Below are positions 19,971 through 30,265 of a DNA stretch of 64,000 bases, piece after piece. Within the stretch, counting starts at the first letter, position 1. Each line of letters starts with the position of its first letter. The DNA is from Candidatus Helarchaeota archaeon (GTDB lineage: Archaea > Asgardarchaeota > Lokiarchaeia > Helarchaeales > RDOG01): contig JAHPZH010000008.1 in the NCBI GenBank assembly GCA_019058315.1, positions 32,001 to 96,000 of the forward strand, written 5' to 3'. The position numbers and the translations under genes were made by a program. Below the pieces are notes generated by a model that was not told the DNA's origin, made no database searches, and saw only the letters and a list, made by a program, of their open reading frames with translations.

Positions 19971-19990
19971 TGTAATAATAATGTATTACA
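19971..19990. promoter_or_regulatory. Inverted repeat upstream of the MFS gene
   Basis: TGTAATA-N6-TATTACA in the divergent intergenic region. Confidence 0.35.
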
Positions 19991-20060
19991 TTTATTTATT
20001 TTTTTTACTTTTTGGTGTGCGTTAGTATTTCTTATATTCTAAAAAAAAATTAGAACTCTA

Positions 20061-20774
20061 ATGAATGCAAAATTACTTTTAAAAACCCTAGAACTATCAT
20101 CACCTCATTCAGAAATAAAATCTGAAAGCATATTGCAAAATAGAAAAGTACCTATTAATAAGATATTAACTTTTTTGGGAAAACAAGGGTATATTACAGA
20201 AGATAATAAAAGGAAAAGAACTATTTCTAATTTTAGAATAAATTTAGCAATATTCGGAATAGTAAATTTAAACATACAGCCATCGCAAGTTATAAACTAT
20301 CTTAAATGGCAAGAATTTGAAGAATTTTGCCTTTATGTTCTGGAACAGCATGATTTTAGTTGTATTAAAAACTTTAGGTTTAAAAGAAAGAAAAAAAGGT
20401 TTGAAATAGATATTGTGGGTATTCATCAACCTTATATATTATGTATCGATGCAAAACTATGGCGCATTCGTTCCGGAAAGTCTACCGCTTTGAAAAAAGC
20501 AGTAGAAAGGCAAATAATTAGGACTCAAGCTTTATCAGATGTTATTTCTCGATATTTTGATAAATTACCTATTTCAAATTGGAATAATGCTATTTTTATT
20601 CCAATTTTAACAACTTCGATGAACGAGGGTATAAAAGCTCATAAAAAAGTTCCCATCATTCCATTCTATCAACTTAATAATTTTATTGCTGATTTCAATG
20701 AAATTACTGATGATTTACCCCAATTTAAAGTTAAAGTTCCAAAATGTGGAGTTCAAACTAAACTTATATTTTAA
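20061..20774 (+). CDS. PD-(D/E)XK restriction-endonuclease-like (Mrr/NERD-like) protein
   Basis: WQEFEEF, FEIDIVG, CIDAK.W. Confidence 0.75.
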   Translation: MNAKLLLKTLELSSPHSEIKSESILQNRKVPINKILTFLGKQGYITEDNKRKRTISNFRINLAIFGIVNLNIQPSQVINYLKWQEFEEFCLYVLEQHDFSCIKNFRFKRKKKRFEIDIVGIHQPYILCIDAKLWRIRSGKSTALKKAVERQIIRTQALSDVISRYFDKLPISNWNNAIFIPILTTSMNEGIKAHKKVPIIPFYQLNNFIADFNEITDDLPQFKVKVPKCGVQTKLIF

Positions 20775-20894
20775 AAATTACTTTCATTTGCCCCAATTAA
20801 TAATTTTATATGAAGACTTTTTTTGTATTATTTAGCGACCTTTGTCGTAATATGAAAGTTTAATTACAATCAAAGTTATCTTTATTATAGTTAT

Positions 20895-21638
20895 GTGAAA
20901 CTCTTTCAAAGAGGTTTATTGGTGCCGAATAACAAATATGATATAATTATCTGTGACCAATGTGGACGTCAATCCGAGCCCGATATGCGGTTTTGTACTT
21001 ATTGTGGTGCTGCTCTTACTAAAAATCCTATAGATTTCTCTTCAACTTCCTCCTCAACTTCCACAAACACAGAATCTGAAGCAGGTAGTTTATTATTTCA
21101 AAGACTTCAATCTAAAACTAATCAAAAGCAAAAACAACCAAACAGATTGAAACCAATATCTAAAAGTCCTAAAACAGTATCATCCACAGCCAAAATGAAG
21201 AGAGTAGCTAGACCAAAACCTAAAAAACCTGCCATAAGAACCGTTACAGTTATCGATTCAAAATTAAAATTAAAACTTTTAGAGCAGCTTAAAGACCTAA
21301 ATAAATTGGATCGAACTTTAGAGGCATCAGCAATTATACGATATAGAGACCATAATGTTTTAGCTGCTGCCACTTCTACTCGAACTAGTGAAAATCTTAT
21401 GGTGACAATAGCAAGTACTATTTTTGACATTTGTTCAGATTCAATTAAAGCCTTAGGGGGAGGAAAAATTCGTATTCTAAACATTACCGCGGAACAGATT
21501 ACATTATTGCTTTCTCCTATTGATTCAGATACAGTTCTTATCGTAGTAACTAATCCTAAATCAAATGTGGGCTTAATTTCAATGTATATGGAAATTACTT
21601 GCGAAAGAGTTAGGGGATTATTACAAATACCAGCTTAA
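20895..21638 (+). CDS. Zinc-ribbon + roadblock/LC7 domain protein
   Basis: CDQCG...FCTYCG, Ser/Lys/Pro-rich linker, C-terminal roadblock pattern ending SNVGLI. Confidence 0.75.
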   Translation: MKLFQRGLLVPNNKYDIIICDQCGRQSEPDMRFCTYCGAALTKNPIDFSSTSSSTSTNTESEAGSLLFQRLQSKTNQKQKQPNRLKPISKSPKTVSSTAKMKRVARPKPKKPAIRTVTVIDSKLKLKLLEQLKDLNKLDRTLEASAIIRYRDHNVLAAATSTRTSENLMVTIASTIFDICSDSIKALGGGKIRILNITAEQITLLLSPIDSDTVLIVVTNPKSNVGLISMYMEITCERVRGLLQIPA

Positions 21639-21824
21639 GAAAATAAATTTTAGTTTTTTATCCCTATTTTTTTACTTCATTAACTCTATTCACTTAATCT
21701 AATTATTACAAATTTTTTAATACCATCCTTATGACATTTATTTATTTTGATTTAATTTCATCATAGAACTTTTATTAAAAATTAAAAATATTCAAATGAA
21801 CCTTCCAAAAAATAACTTAGTGAT

Positions 21825-22952
21825 GTGGAGATTATGGATTTTATTCCAGTCAATAAGCCTATGTTAGGTAAAGAAGAAACAACTGAAATTTCGAAAATAA
21901 TTCAATCTGGAGCTCTTACTCATAAAGAGGGAAAGGGCAAATACGTTTTAAAATTTGAAGAATCCTTCTCTAAATTTATTGGAACAAAACATGCTATTGC
22001 AGTAAATAATGGAACAGCTGCTTTACATAGTGCTTTGTTGGCTTTAGACCTAAAACCAAATGATGAAATAATAGTACCTACTTTTACATTTGTCGCAACA
22101 GCGGAGGTTGTACTCCACGTTGGATGTAAGGTTGTATTTACGGATATAAATCCAAGGACTTTTAATATTGATCTTTCAAATATTCAAAAAAAAGTAACTG
22201 AACGCACGAAAGCAATAATTACAGTTCATTTATATGGTCATCCTGTAGATTTAAATCCTATTTTGGAATTTGCTAAGGATAAAGAAATATTTGTTATAGA
22301 AGATGTGGCTCAAGCACATGGTGCAAAATATTATGATAAGATGGCAGGAAGTTTGGGGGATTTTGGCTGTTTCAGCTTTTATCCAAGTAAAAATATGACA
22401 ACTGGAGAGGGGGGAATGATAACGACAAATAATTCTGAACTTGCAGAGAAATTACGGATGATTAGAAATCACGGAGAATCCGAAGAATATAAGACAATCA
22501 TGTTAGGTCATAATTTTAGAATGCCAGAATTATCAGCGGCAATAGGAGATATTCAGTTAAAAAAACTTAAAGATTTTTTAAATAAGAGAACAAATAATGC
22601 AAAAATTCTAAATAATGCTTTGCAAAATGTCGAATCAATCAATATCCCAATAGTTGAGAAATGGGCTACTCATGCTTGGTATTTATATACCACTAATTTA
22701 AAAGATCCTAACAAAAGAAATGATCTAATTACTAAATTAAGAGAAGAAAATATAGGGACAGGAGTTTATTATTCAACTCCTTTACATTTAATGCCTTTAT
22801 TTCAAAAATTGTATGGTTTTAAAGGAGGAGAATTTTTAAACTCTGAGAAAGCCTCAAAATCTGTATTAAGCCTCCCAGTCTATCCGGGAATTAATAAAGA
22901 GGAAATGCAGTTTATAGCAAATAAAACCCGTGAAATTTGCTTATCACTATAA
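21825..22952 (+). CDS. DegT/DnrJ/EryC1/StrS sugar aminotransferase
   Basis: NGTAALH, FTFVAT, VHLYGHP, EDVAQAHG, FSFYPSKNMTTGEGG, GHNFRM. Confidence 0.93.
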   Translation: MEIMDFIPVNKPMLGKEETTEISKIIQSGALTHKEGKGKYVLKFEESFSKFIGTKHAIAVNNGTAALHSALLALDLKPNDEIIVPTFTFVATAEVVLHVGCKVVFTDINPRTFNIDLSNIQKKVTERTKAIITVHLYGHPVDLNPILEFAKDKEIFVIEDVAQAHGAKYYDKMAGSLGDFGCFSFYPSKNMTTGEGGMITTNNSELAEKLRMIRNHGESEEYKTIMLGHNFRMPELSAAIGDIQLKKLKDFLNKRTNNAKILNNALQNVESINIPIVEKWATHAWYLYTTNLKDPNKRNDLITKLREENIGTGVYYSTPLHLMPLFQKLYGFKGGEFLNSEKASKSVLSLPVYPGINKEEMQFIANKTREICLSL

Positions 22953-22976
22953 GTCTATTAAGATTTTAGAAGAAAC

Positions 22977-23783
22977 GTGGTTCCTTTGCATTCAAAATGG
23001 AAAATGATTATTTTCTGTACTTTTTATAATCTACTCTTTGAATTTTCAATGAGGGGGATTACTGGTTTTATAGAGCGATTTTTAGCTTTTTGGCTCTTTT
23101 GGGTTTATTTTGCATTTTTCAATATGGTTATTCATATTGCTATAATAAGTTATGGTTCTGAACGAGCAGTTTTAGCATCAACCGCAACATTCGGAATAAT
23201 TCCAGCTACTTTTATTACGGGAGTTATTTTTATTAACCCTGATTTCACAGGTTTAAATACAATAATATTAATTATCGATTTGTTCGTCTGGTGGGGCATC
23301 CTACAAACTTGGTTTCCCTTATTTATGTGTGGTAAATTATTTGGAGAAAAAATTCTGGATGGTAAATTAAATAAGATTGGGTGGATTTTATGTTTGATTT
23401 ATATTGCTGGTTTTACATTAATTGCTTTTACAGGAGCAACGAAAGGAGCCTTTCATGGTTATATTATATCTATAATAATTTTTTCATTAATATTTATATG
23501 GACCTTTATTGAAATCCGAAAGGCTGAACAAGTAGGAAAAAAAGAATTAATTGATGATGAAAAAGATCTTTTTGATTCAAAACTTTTGGAATTTGGTTTT
23601 TATGCCACTGTTATAATATCTTTATTTTCCGGTCTTATCTTGCCTTTATTTGATAGACCGATAGGAGATCCTCAAATTTATCCTAAATCTCTTTGGTTAA
23701 TGAGTATTTGGTCCATTATTTTAATGATAATTACATTATTTTATAAATTAAAAGAAAAAAAACCCTTTCCTCTGCCACATTAA
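22977..23783 (+). CDS. Hypothetical polytopic membrane protein
   Basis: About eight hydrophobic segments. Confidence 0.7.
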   Translation: MVPLHSKWKMIIFCTFYNLLFEFSMRGITGFIERFLAFWLFWVYFAFFNMVIHIAIISYGSERAVLASTATFGIIPATFITGVIFINPDFTGLNTIILIIDLFVWWGILQTWFPLFMCGKLFGEKILDGKLNKIGWILCLIYIAGFTLIAFTGATKGAFHGYIISIIIFSLIFIWTFIEIRKAEQVGKKELIDDEKDLFDSKLLEFGFYATVIISLFSGLILPLFDRPIGDPQIYPKSLWLMSIWSIILMIITLFYKLKEKKPFPLPH

Positions 23784-24194
23784 TCATAAAACTCTTTTTA
23801 AAGTGTCAATCAATCTCGGTACTGTTTTATAATTTTCAAGTTCCTTTGGATATATCCATTTACATGTTTTATGTTCCCAATCTATTTTAATCTCGTCAGT
23901 TGACACATCCCAGAGAAATGGATGAACGTTCCACAATATTTTTTTGTCATTATCAATAATTTCTAATGGCGTTCCTTCTTTTACCAGTTTAATATCTTTA
24001 TCTTCTAATCCTGTTTCCTCGAAAATCTCTATTTTTGCTCTCATCTTTGGGTTGGCATCATATTTCTCAATATATCCACTAATTCCTGCCCATTTTCCTT
24101 GATATGTTCCAACCTTACTACTACGCTTAAGAATTAATATTTTATCTTTATGGCGAAGGAAATTTGTTACCACTTTTCTAGATTCTAAAGACAT
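23784..24194 (-). CDS. NUDIX hydrolase
   Basis: ILILKRS, WAGISGYIE...AKIEIFEETGL, DWEH. Confidence 0.88.
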   Translation of the reverse strand: MSLESRKVVTNFLRHKDKILILKRSSKVGTYQGKWAGISGYIEKYDANPKMRAKIEIFEETGLEDKDIKLVKEGTPLEIIDNDKKILWNVHPFLWDVSTDEIKIDWEHKTCKWIYPKELENYKTVPRLIDTLKRVL

Positions 24195-24497
24195 TTTTAA
24201 TTACTTTTTCAATTCTTATTGTTTTATTTGGTAATATTCCTCATAAATAAGTTATTTTTCGAGCTTATCAATAATTAAAAATATAAATAACCACTTAAAT
24301 ACCTCATTTTAACAGAAATAATATTCTTAAGAAGTATTATAAGTAGTATTAAATTAAAATTTTTTCAAAGGATACATATTTCTACTGAAATCTTCTATAA
24401 GAGAGAAGAAAAATATATTTAATATAAAATTTTTATTTATAAATTTATTAATTTATTACAGATAATATAAATTATTTTTAATTAGTGAGAAATTATA

Positions 24498-25628
24498 ATG
24501 TCTTTGAGGAGAGAAGATTCATTATATTTTAGAATTTGGATTAAGAACCAAATAAGATATTTAACTAAAGACTCGGAGTTTAATTCAAATTTTTGCATTG
24601 AAGCACCTGCTTTAATGGATGAAAATAAAGATCTAATTATTTATATATTAGAAAAAATCATTAAAACAAAAAAAGAAAATGAAAATACACTAATTTCTCC
24701 TTTCATAATCGATCCAGTAATTCCAAGAATTTATAATTCTTCTACAGAATCATCAAGAGCAATAAGAATATTATATAATAAATTTAAAATTGATGAACTT
24801 AAAAAGCAAATTGAAAATAGAAAATTTTCAAAAACACTAATTGAAGAATTTACAACTAAAGTTATAAATTTCCAAAATTTAAAAAGGAAAAATCCAAATT
24901 TAATGGATGTTGTATTCGATCTTGAGGAATTTAATCCTCCTCAATTAACTCCAAAATTTTATATTCCGCCTTATTTTAGCTTTAGAGAAACACAAAATGG
25001 AGATTTAAATCTAGCTTATGATTATAATAAGTATTCCTTAGAGTTTGCAAAAAAAATAAAACCAAAATCCAAACATTATATAGTCCTTTGTTCAACATTG
25101 AGGATTTTAGAAAGACACATTGATGATTTTATTGGTGATTTTAAAACAGCAGATGGTTTCATAATATGGGTTGAAAATTTTAACGGGGAAGATTCTAACA
25201 ATAAAATTAAAAATATGCAAAAAAAAGAATTTGAAACTGAATTATCTAAACATAAAAATGTAATTTCTGCTTATGGATCTTCATTTGATTTTTCAAATCA
25301 TAATTTATCAGGAATAATTTTAAAAACTAATTCTATGCCTGTAGGTTATTCTAGATCTGGTAGACCATATAAAACTGGGGCACCAAAAGATTGTTATTTA
25401 GAGAAAAAACAAATAATGGGGACTTTCAATGATTTTAAAAGTTCTTTCATGTATCGTAATTGTAATTGTAATACTTGTAATAAAAAATTTACTTATATTA
25501 GAAGTCAATATCCCAATAAATCTAATAGATTCCATAAACAAATATTTTTAAGTGAATTTAAGAATAGTGAACAATTAAAAATTCAACATTTTCGAGATAC
25601 TAAAACAAAAGAATATTTGGAATTATAA
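24498..25628 (+). CDS. Hypothetical protein, possible TIM-barrel enzyme with a TGT-like Zn-binding tail
   Basis: FIIDP, YIPPYF, FIIWVENF and C-terminal CNCNTC...H; visibly more AT-rich than its flanks. Fold is inferred. Confidence 0.5.
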   Translation: MSLRREDSLYFRIWIKNQIRYLTKDSEFNSNFCIEAPALMDENKDLIIYILEKIIKTKKENENTLISPFIIDPVIPRIYNSSTESSRAIRILYNKFKIDELKKQIENRKFSKTLIEEFTTKVINFQNLKRKNPNLMDVVFDLEEFNPPQLTPKFYIPPYFSFRETQNGDLNLAYDYNKYSLEFAKKIKPKSKHYIVLCSTLRILERHIDDFIGDFKTADGFIIWVENFNGEDSNNKIKNMQKKEFETELSKHKNVISAYGSSFDFSNHNLSGIILKTNSMPVGYSRSGRPYKTGAPKDCYLEKKQIMGTFNDFKSSFMYRNCNCNTCNKKFTYIRSQYPNKSNRFHKQIFLSEFKNSEQLKIQHFRDTKTKEYLEL

Positions 25629-25672
25629 TTTTGAAAATTTTGTAACTAATAAAAAAATATTAAGGGAAAAAA

Positions 25673-26410
25673 ATGATACAAATAAAAAACGAGTTATTCA
25701 CAACTTTACTTTATTTGAATCAAGAATTAGAAGGGAGTAGGTACTTAGAAACCCGATTAAGAATGCAAAAATTAACATTTTTAGCACAAAATTTCTTACA
25801 AAAACTACCTCAAAATATAAGATTTGAATATTATGCGGATAAATTTGGTCCTTATTCAAGAGAACTTAGAGCAAATATAGAATTAGAAGAACAAAGTGGG
25901 ATCATTGAAACACTTGAAATTACTACAAAAAAAAAGGGGGGAGAAATTGAAGAAGAACAAGAAACTACTTCATATATTGACAGATATGATTATAGATTAT
26001 CTGATTTTGGAATAAAAATAATGAAGGATAGGTTTAAGAATTATTTTATAGAAAATAAGTATATTTTTTATGGTTTAAGGAATCTTTCATTATTAAGAAC
26101 AAAGATTTTAATTGGAATTGTCTATTTTTTATTTCCAGATATGGCAATAAAGTCTAAAATTAAACCTATTATAAAAAAAATACCTGAAAATGAAATCAAA
26201 ATGGGAATAAAAGTCTTCTTTAGAACCCTACCTCAAGAATTAATATTTAAAATCTATGACTTAAATAATAACTTTTCTTTATATTTTCCAGATATTGAAA
26301 AAGATTTATCATTTAAAATTCGTGAAATAGAAAAAGAAAAGGAAATTAAAATTATAAGAAAAGTTATTTCAAAAAATTTCGATCTATTAAGAATATTAGA
26401 ACACTATTAA
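25673..26410 (+). CDS. Panacea/SocA (DUF4065)- or YwgA-like winged-helix protein, putative antitoxin
   Basis: RMQKLTFLAQ...FEYYADKFGPYSREL...GII...Y.LSDFG signature. Confidence 0.65.
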   Translation: MIQIKNELFTTLLYLNQELEGSRYLETRLRMQKLTFLAQNFLQKLPQNIRFEYYADKFGPYSRELRANIELEEQSGIIETLEITTKKKGGEIEEEQETTSYIDRYDYRLSDFGIKIMKDRFKNYFIENKYIFYGLRNLSLLRTKILIGIVYFLFPDMAIKSKIKPIIKKIPENEIKMGIKVFFRTLPQELIFKIYDLNNNFSLYFPDIEKDLSFKIREIEKEKEIKIIRKVISKNFDLLRILEHY

Positions 26411-26423
26411 ACTAATTTTTTAT

Positions 26424-26900
26424 GTGATCATACTTTTGAACCTAAATATCTATAAATTACCAAATATGTTAAGAATTTTAAATGAATTGGTTGATAAATT
26501 CCCGGAAGGTGATGTAAAACAGAATAAAAATAATGAATTTGTAATAAATTGTTTAAAATCCATAAAAGATTTACTTGATATGAAAATAACTTATTTTAAA
26601 CCATCTGTTATTGATTTCTTTGCTTATCTTATTTTTACTTTAATCATTAAGGATTGTTTAGTAGATGGAAATAAAAGATTCTTTACAATTTTCATTACAG
26701 AGTTTATTGAATTGAATTCTAGATTACTCTTAAAGCAATTTTGGACTGAATTAACTGCTGAAAAACAAAAGGATTTAATAATAGATTTATTTTCAGGTAT
26801 TGAAAAAGAAATTAAGAATGAGGAAAATGATATCAGTGATATCAAGATTATTGATGAAATTATAAAACCATGGGTTATAAAATTATTAGTTTTTAAATAA
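26424..26900 (+). CDS. Fic/Doc-like protein with degenerate catalytic motif
   Basis: AYLIFTLIIKDCLVDGNKR..F...FIELN corresponds to Doc HxFxDGNKR with His replaced by Asp. Confidence 0.6.
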   Translation: MIILLNLNIYKLPNMLRILNELVDKFPEGDVKQNKNNEFVINCLKSIKDLLDMKITYFKPSVIDFFAYLIFTLIIKDCLVDGNKRFFTIFITEFIELNSRLLLKQFWTELTAEKQKDLIIDLFSGIEKEIKNEENDISDIKIIDEIIKPWVIKLLVFK

Positions 26901-26905
26901 ATTCA

Positions 26906-28381
26906 TTATATTCTTTTTTTTAATTGCTGTAATCTTTTTTCAACAATTTTATTCAAAATTCTAGGATCTGCCGTATGATTAGAGATTTCCATGACTTGTC
27001 CCACTAAAAATTTCACTGATTTTGGATGTTTTAGAGCGTCTTGAACAGCTTTGGGATGTTCTTGAAATATTTTTTCTACCAATTTCTCAATTTTCTTAGG
27101 ATCACTGATTCTATAAAGATTTTCTTCCTCAATTATTATTGCAGGGGGTTTTTCTGTCTTGATCATTTTTTCTAAGACATATTTGGCTGTTTTATTATGT
27201 ATAGTCCCCTCGTCAATTAAATTTAATAGTTTAATTAAATCATCTGATGTGATTTTAATTTCAGATATATCAAGATTTAGCTCATTTAACCTTCTCAATA
27301 GAGAATTTATTACCCAATCACTTACTTTTTTAAAATTCGAATATGATTTACAACATTCTTCATAAAAATCAGCTAATTTCTTACTACTCACTATTACTTC
27401 TGCGTTATAAGCCGGAAGTTCATACTCCTTTATCAATCTTATTTTTCTCTCATCAGGTAATTCTGGTAGATTTGATTTAATTTGGTCAATAAATTCTTGA
27501 GTAATATTTATTGGAGCAAGATCAGGTTCAGGAAAATAACGATAATCATGTTCTTCTTCTTTGGTCCTTAAAGAAATTGTCATTTTCCTTTTTTCATCCC
27601 AATGTCTTGTTTCTTGTGGTATTTCATGTTGAAATTTAATCGATTGTTCTTGTCTCCAAATTTCGTGGCTAAGTGCACGTTCCACATCTTTGAAACTTGA
27701 AATATTTTTTACTTCTACCCTATTCCCACCCATTAATGAAATGTTAGCATCGCATCTGATTGCCCCTTCTATACTACAATCTACTCCTAGATGTTCCATA
27801 ATCGATCTTAATTTTTGTAAAAAAGTTCTAGCTTCTCTTGGTGAGCTTAAAACAGGCTCCGTTACTACTTCTAATAGACAAATTCCTGCACGATTATAAT
27901 CCACTAAAGTATATGCAGCAGTGTCAATAGTTCCAGGATAAGTTAATCTACCAGGATCTTCCTCTATTTGCATTCTTGTAATGGTGATTTCCTTTTTATG
28001 AGTTTTCTTTTTATTTTTAACTTCTATAACAATTTCTCCTCCAGAAGAAATCGGAATTCCACCAGCTTTATCATATTGGGATATTTGAAAATTCTTTGGC
28101 ATATCGGGATAATAATAATTTTTGCGATAAAATAAAGTATGATGTGAAATTTTAGCGTTTAAAGCTAGACCAGTCATAATTGCATATTCTACTGCTTTTT
28201 TATTAAGTGATGGAAGTGATCCTGGTAAACCAAGGCAAACAGGACACATCAAACTATTTGGTGGTTTTCCCCTATAATCCGAACTACAACCGCAAAATAA
28301 TTTTGTTTTCAGATTAGTTAATTGAATGTGAACTTCTAATCCTATCATTACACCTAATTTTTCTAGCTCTTTTTTACTCAT
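26906..28381 (-). CDS. gatB: Asp-tRNA(Asn)/Glu-tRNA(Gln) amidotransferase subunit B
   Basis: IGLEVH, CLGLPGSLP, RKNYYYPDMPKNFQISQ, DYNRAG, EVKN, KEEEHDYRYFPEPDL; start at ATG 28381 after GAGGT. Confidence 0.96.
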   Translation of the reverse strand: MSKKELEKLGVMIGLEVHIQLTNLKTKLFCGCSSDYRGKPPNSLMCPVCLGLPGSLPSLNKKAVEYAIMTGLALNAKISHHTLFYRKNYYYPDMPKNFQISQYDKAGGIPISSGGEIVIEVKNKKKTHKKEITITRMQIEEDPGRLTYPGTIDTAAYTLVDYNRAGICLLEVVTEPVLSSPREARTFLQKLRSIMEHLGVDCSIEGAIRCDANISLMGGNRVEVKNISSFKDVERALSHEIWRQEQSIKFQHEIPQETRHWDEKRKMTISLRTKEEEHDYRYFPEPDLAPINITQEFIDQIKSNLPELPDERKIRLIKEYELPAYNAEVIVSSKKLADFYEECCKSYSNFKKVSDWVINSLLRRLNELNLDISEIKITSDDLIKLLNLIDEGTIHNKTAKYVLEKMIKTEKPPAIIIEEENLYRISDPKKIEKLVEKIFQEHPKAVQDALKHPKSVKFLVGQVMEISNHTADPRILNKIVEKRLQQLKKRI

Positions 28382-28394
28382 TGATACATTACCT

Positions 28395-29864
28395 CTATAA
28401 ATTGGGTTTTCTTTTATGAAATTCTGTATTTTGTTCAAATGTATAGGCAACTTTTAAAATAATTGGTTCAGCAAAGAAATTCCCTACAATTTGTAAACCT
28501 ATGGGTAATGAATCCTTTTTTGTAAATCCACATGGTATAGATATCGCAGGAACACCCGCAATATTTATAGGAACCGTGCAAATATCTGCTAAATACATAG
28601 ACAATGGATCTCTTATTTTTTCTCCTATTTTAAATGCAGGGAAAGGCATAGTTGGAGTTAATAAAACATCAAATTTTTTAAAAATCTCTTCAAAATCTCT
28701 TTTTATTAACGTTCGTACTTTTAACGCTTTTAAATAATAAGCATCGTAATAACCGGAGGAAAGAGCATAGGTTCCTAAAATGATTCTACGTCTTACCTCA
28801 GCTCCAAAACCAATTCTTCTATTTTCTGCATAGACCTTATTCCATTCATTAAAATCTTCATTTACCCTAAATCCATATCGCATTCCATCAAAACGAGCTA
28901 AATTTGAACTCGCTTCGGACATTGCAATAATATAATAGCAAGGTAATGCATAATTAATGTGAGGTAATGAAACTTCCTCGTAAGAGGCACCAAGCCCCTC
29001 TAATTTAGATATAGCATCCCACACCGCCTTTTTAACGTCTTCATTAATCCCTTCTCCTAGAAATTCTTTTGGTACTGCAATTTTGAGTTTGTTAACATCA
29101 TTTATTATAGAATCTAAATAATTTACTTTTGGACGATTTATAGTTGTATTATCATAAGGATCGTATCCAACCAAGTAATTTAATAATAATGCACAATCTT
29201 TTACATCCTTGGTAATAGGACCTATTTGTTCTAAACTACAAGCATAACTCACTAAACCATATCTTGAAATCATTCCATAAGTAGTCTTTATACCAACTGT
29301 ACTAGTAAAGCTTGCTGGGCATCTTATAGAACCTCCAGTATCACTTCCAAGAGCTAATATTGTTTCATTTGCCGCAACAGCCGAACCCGAACCTCCTGAA
29401 GAACCACCTGGAACTCGATTTATATCCCATGGGTTATAAGTTGGACCATAATAGCAACTTTCAGTTGAGCTGCCCATTGCAAATTCATCCATTCTAGTCT
29501 TACCTATGATGATTGAATCGGCTTGTTTTAGGCGAGCTACTACTGTTGCATCGTATACTGATATATAACTTTCTAAAATATGTGAGCCACAAGAAGTTTG
29601 TGTATTCAATACATTCATATTATCTTTTATCGCAATTGGTATGCCTGCTAAACCCCCAAATTTCTTTTTATTTTTAATCTTTTTATCAATCTCTTTCGCA
29701 GATGCTAAAGCTTCTTTTTTATGCAAAGAAGAATATCCATGGATTTTGTCTTCAACAGCCTCTATCCTTTGAAATATAGATTGGACTAATTCCGCAACTG
29801 AAATTTCTCCATTTTTGATCATATCTTGTAACTCATGAGCTGTTAGTTCATATAGATGTGTCAC
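28395..29864 (-). CDS. gatA: Amidotransferase subunit A
   Basis: IKDN, DEFAMGSS, PGGSSGGS, GSDTGGSIR, EASSNLARFDG, FGAEVRRRI. Confidence 0.96.
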   Translation of the reverse strand: MTHLYELTAHELQDMIKNGEISVAELVQSIFQRIEAVEDKIHGYSSLHKKEALASAKEIDKKIKNKKKFGGLAGIPIAIKDNMNVLNTQTSCGSHILESYISVYDATVVARLKQADSIIIGKTRMDEFAMGSSTESCYYGPTYNPWDINRVPGGSSGGSGSAVAANETILALGSDTGGSIRCPASFTSTVGIKTTYGMISRYGLVSYACSLEQIGPITKDVKDCALLLNYLVGYDPYDNTTINRPKVNYLDSIINDVNKLKIAVPKEFLGEGINEDVKKAVWDAISKLEGLGASYEEVSLPHINYALPCYYIIAMSEASSNLARFDGMRYGFRVNEDFNEWNKVYAENRRIGFGAEVRRRIILGTYALSSGYYDAYYLKALKVRTLIKRDFEEIFKKFDVLLTPTMPFPAFKIGEKIRDPLSMYLADICTVPINIAGVPAISIPCGFTKKDSLPIGLQIVGNFFAEPIILKVAYTFEQNTEFHKRKPNL

Positions 29865-30160
29865 TCTTTTACCTCCGTCATCCTAGGCGCTTTTATGAAA
29901 TCTTTTTCTTTCTTGGGTATGTTTTTAAAAATTTTCTCTTTTGTTAAAGAAGGTTTTACCTCATCGTCACGAAAAACATTGGAAATGTTTAAAACATGAA
30001 ATGTGGGATTAACGTCGTCTGTTTCTATCTCATCTAATTGTTTAAAAAAAGATAAAATATCATTAAATTGTTTAGTGAAAAGTTCTTTTTCATCTTCACT
30101 AAGTTTAATCCTACAAAGTTCTGCTATATGTTCTACTTCTTTTTTTGAAATTATTTTCAT
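29861..30160 (-). CDS. gatC: Amidotransferase subunit C
   Basis: VEHIAELCRI, ILSFFKQLDE, NVFRDD, FIKAPR; first gene of gatCAB; ATG at 30160. Confidence 0.92.
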   Translation of the reverse strand: MKIISKKEVEHIAELCRIKLSEDEKELFTKQFNDILSFFKQLDEIETDDVNPTFHVLNISNVFRDDEVKPSLTKEKIFKNIPKKEKDFIKAPRMTEVKE

Positions 30161-30265
30161 ATTAAGATCAATTTTTGTGATATATTTTTGAATACTTAAA
30201 TAAACAAACACATTATCTATTTATATCTAAATTGAATGAAAATCAAAATTTAAATTGTTAATAAG

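Noticed and set aside
24195-26905. IS element or provirus as carrier of the AT-rich cassette
   Set aside because: No transposase, integrase, terminal inverted repeats or target duplication could be identified.
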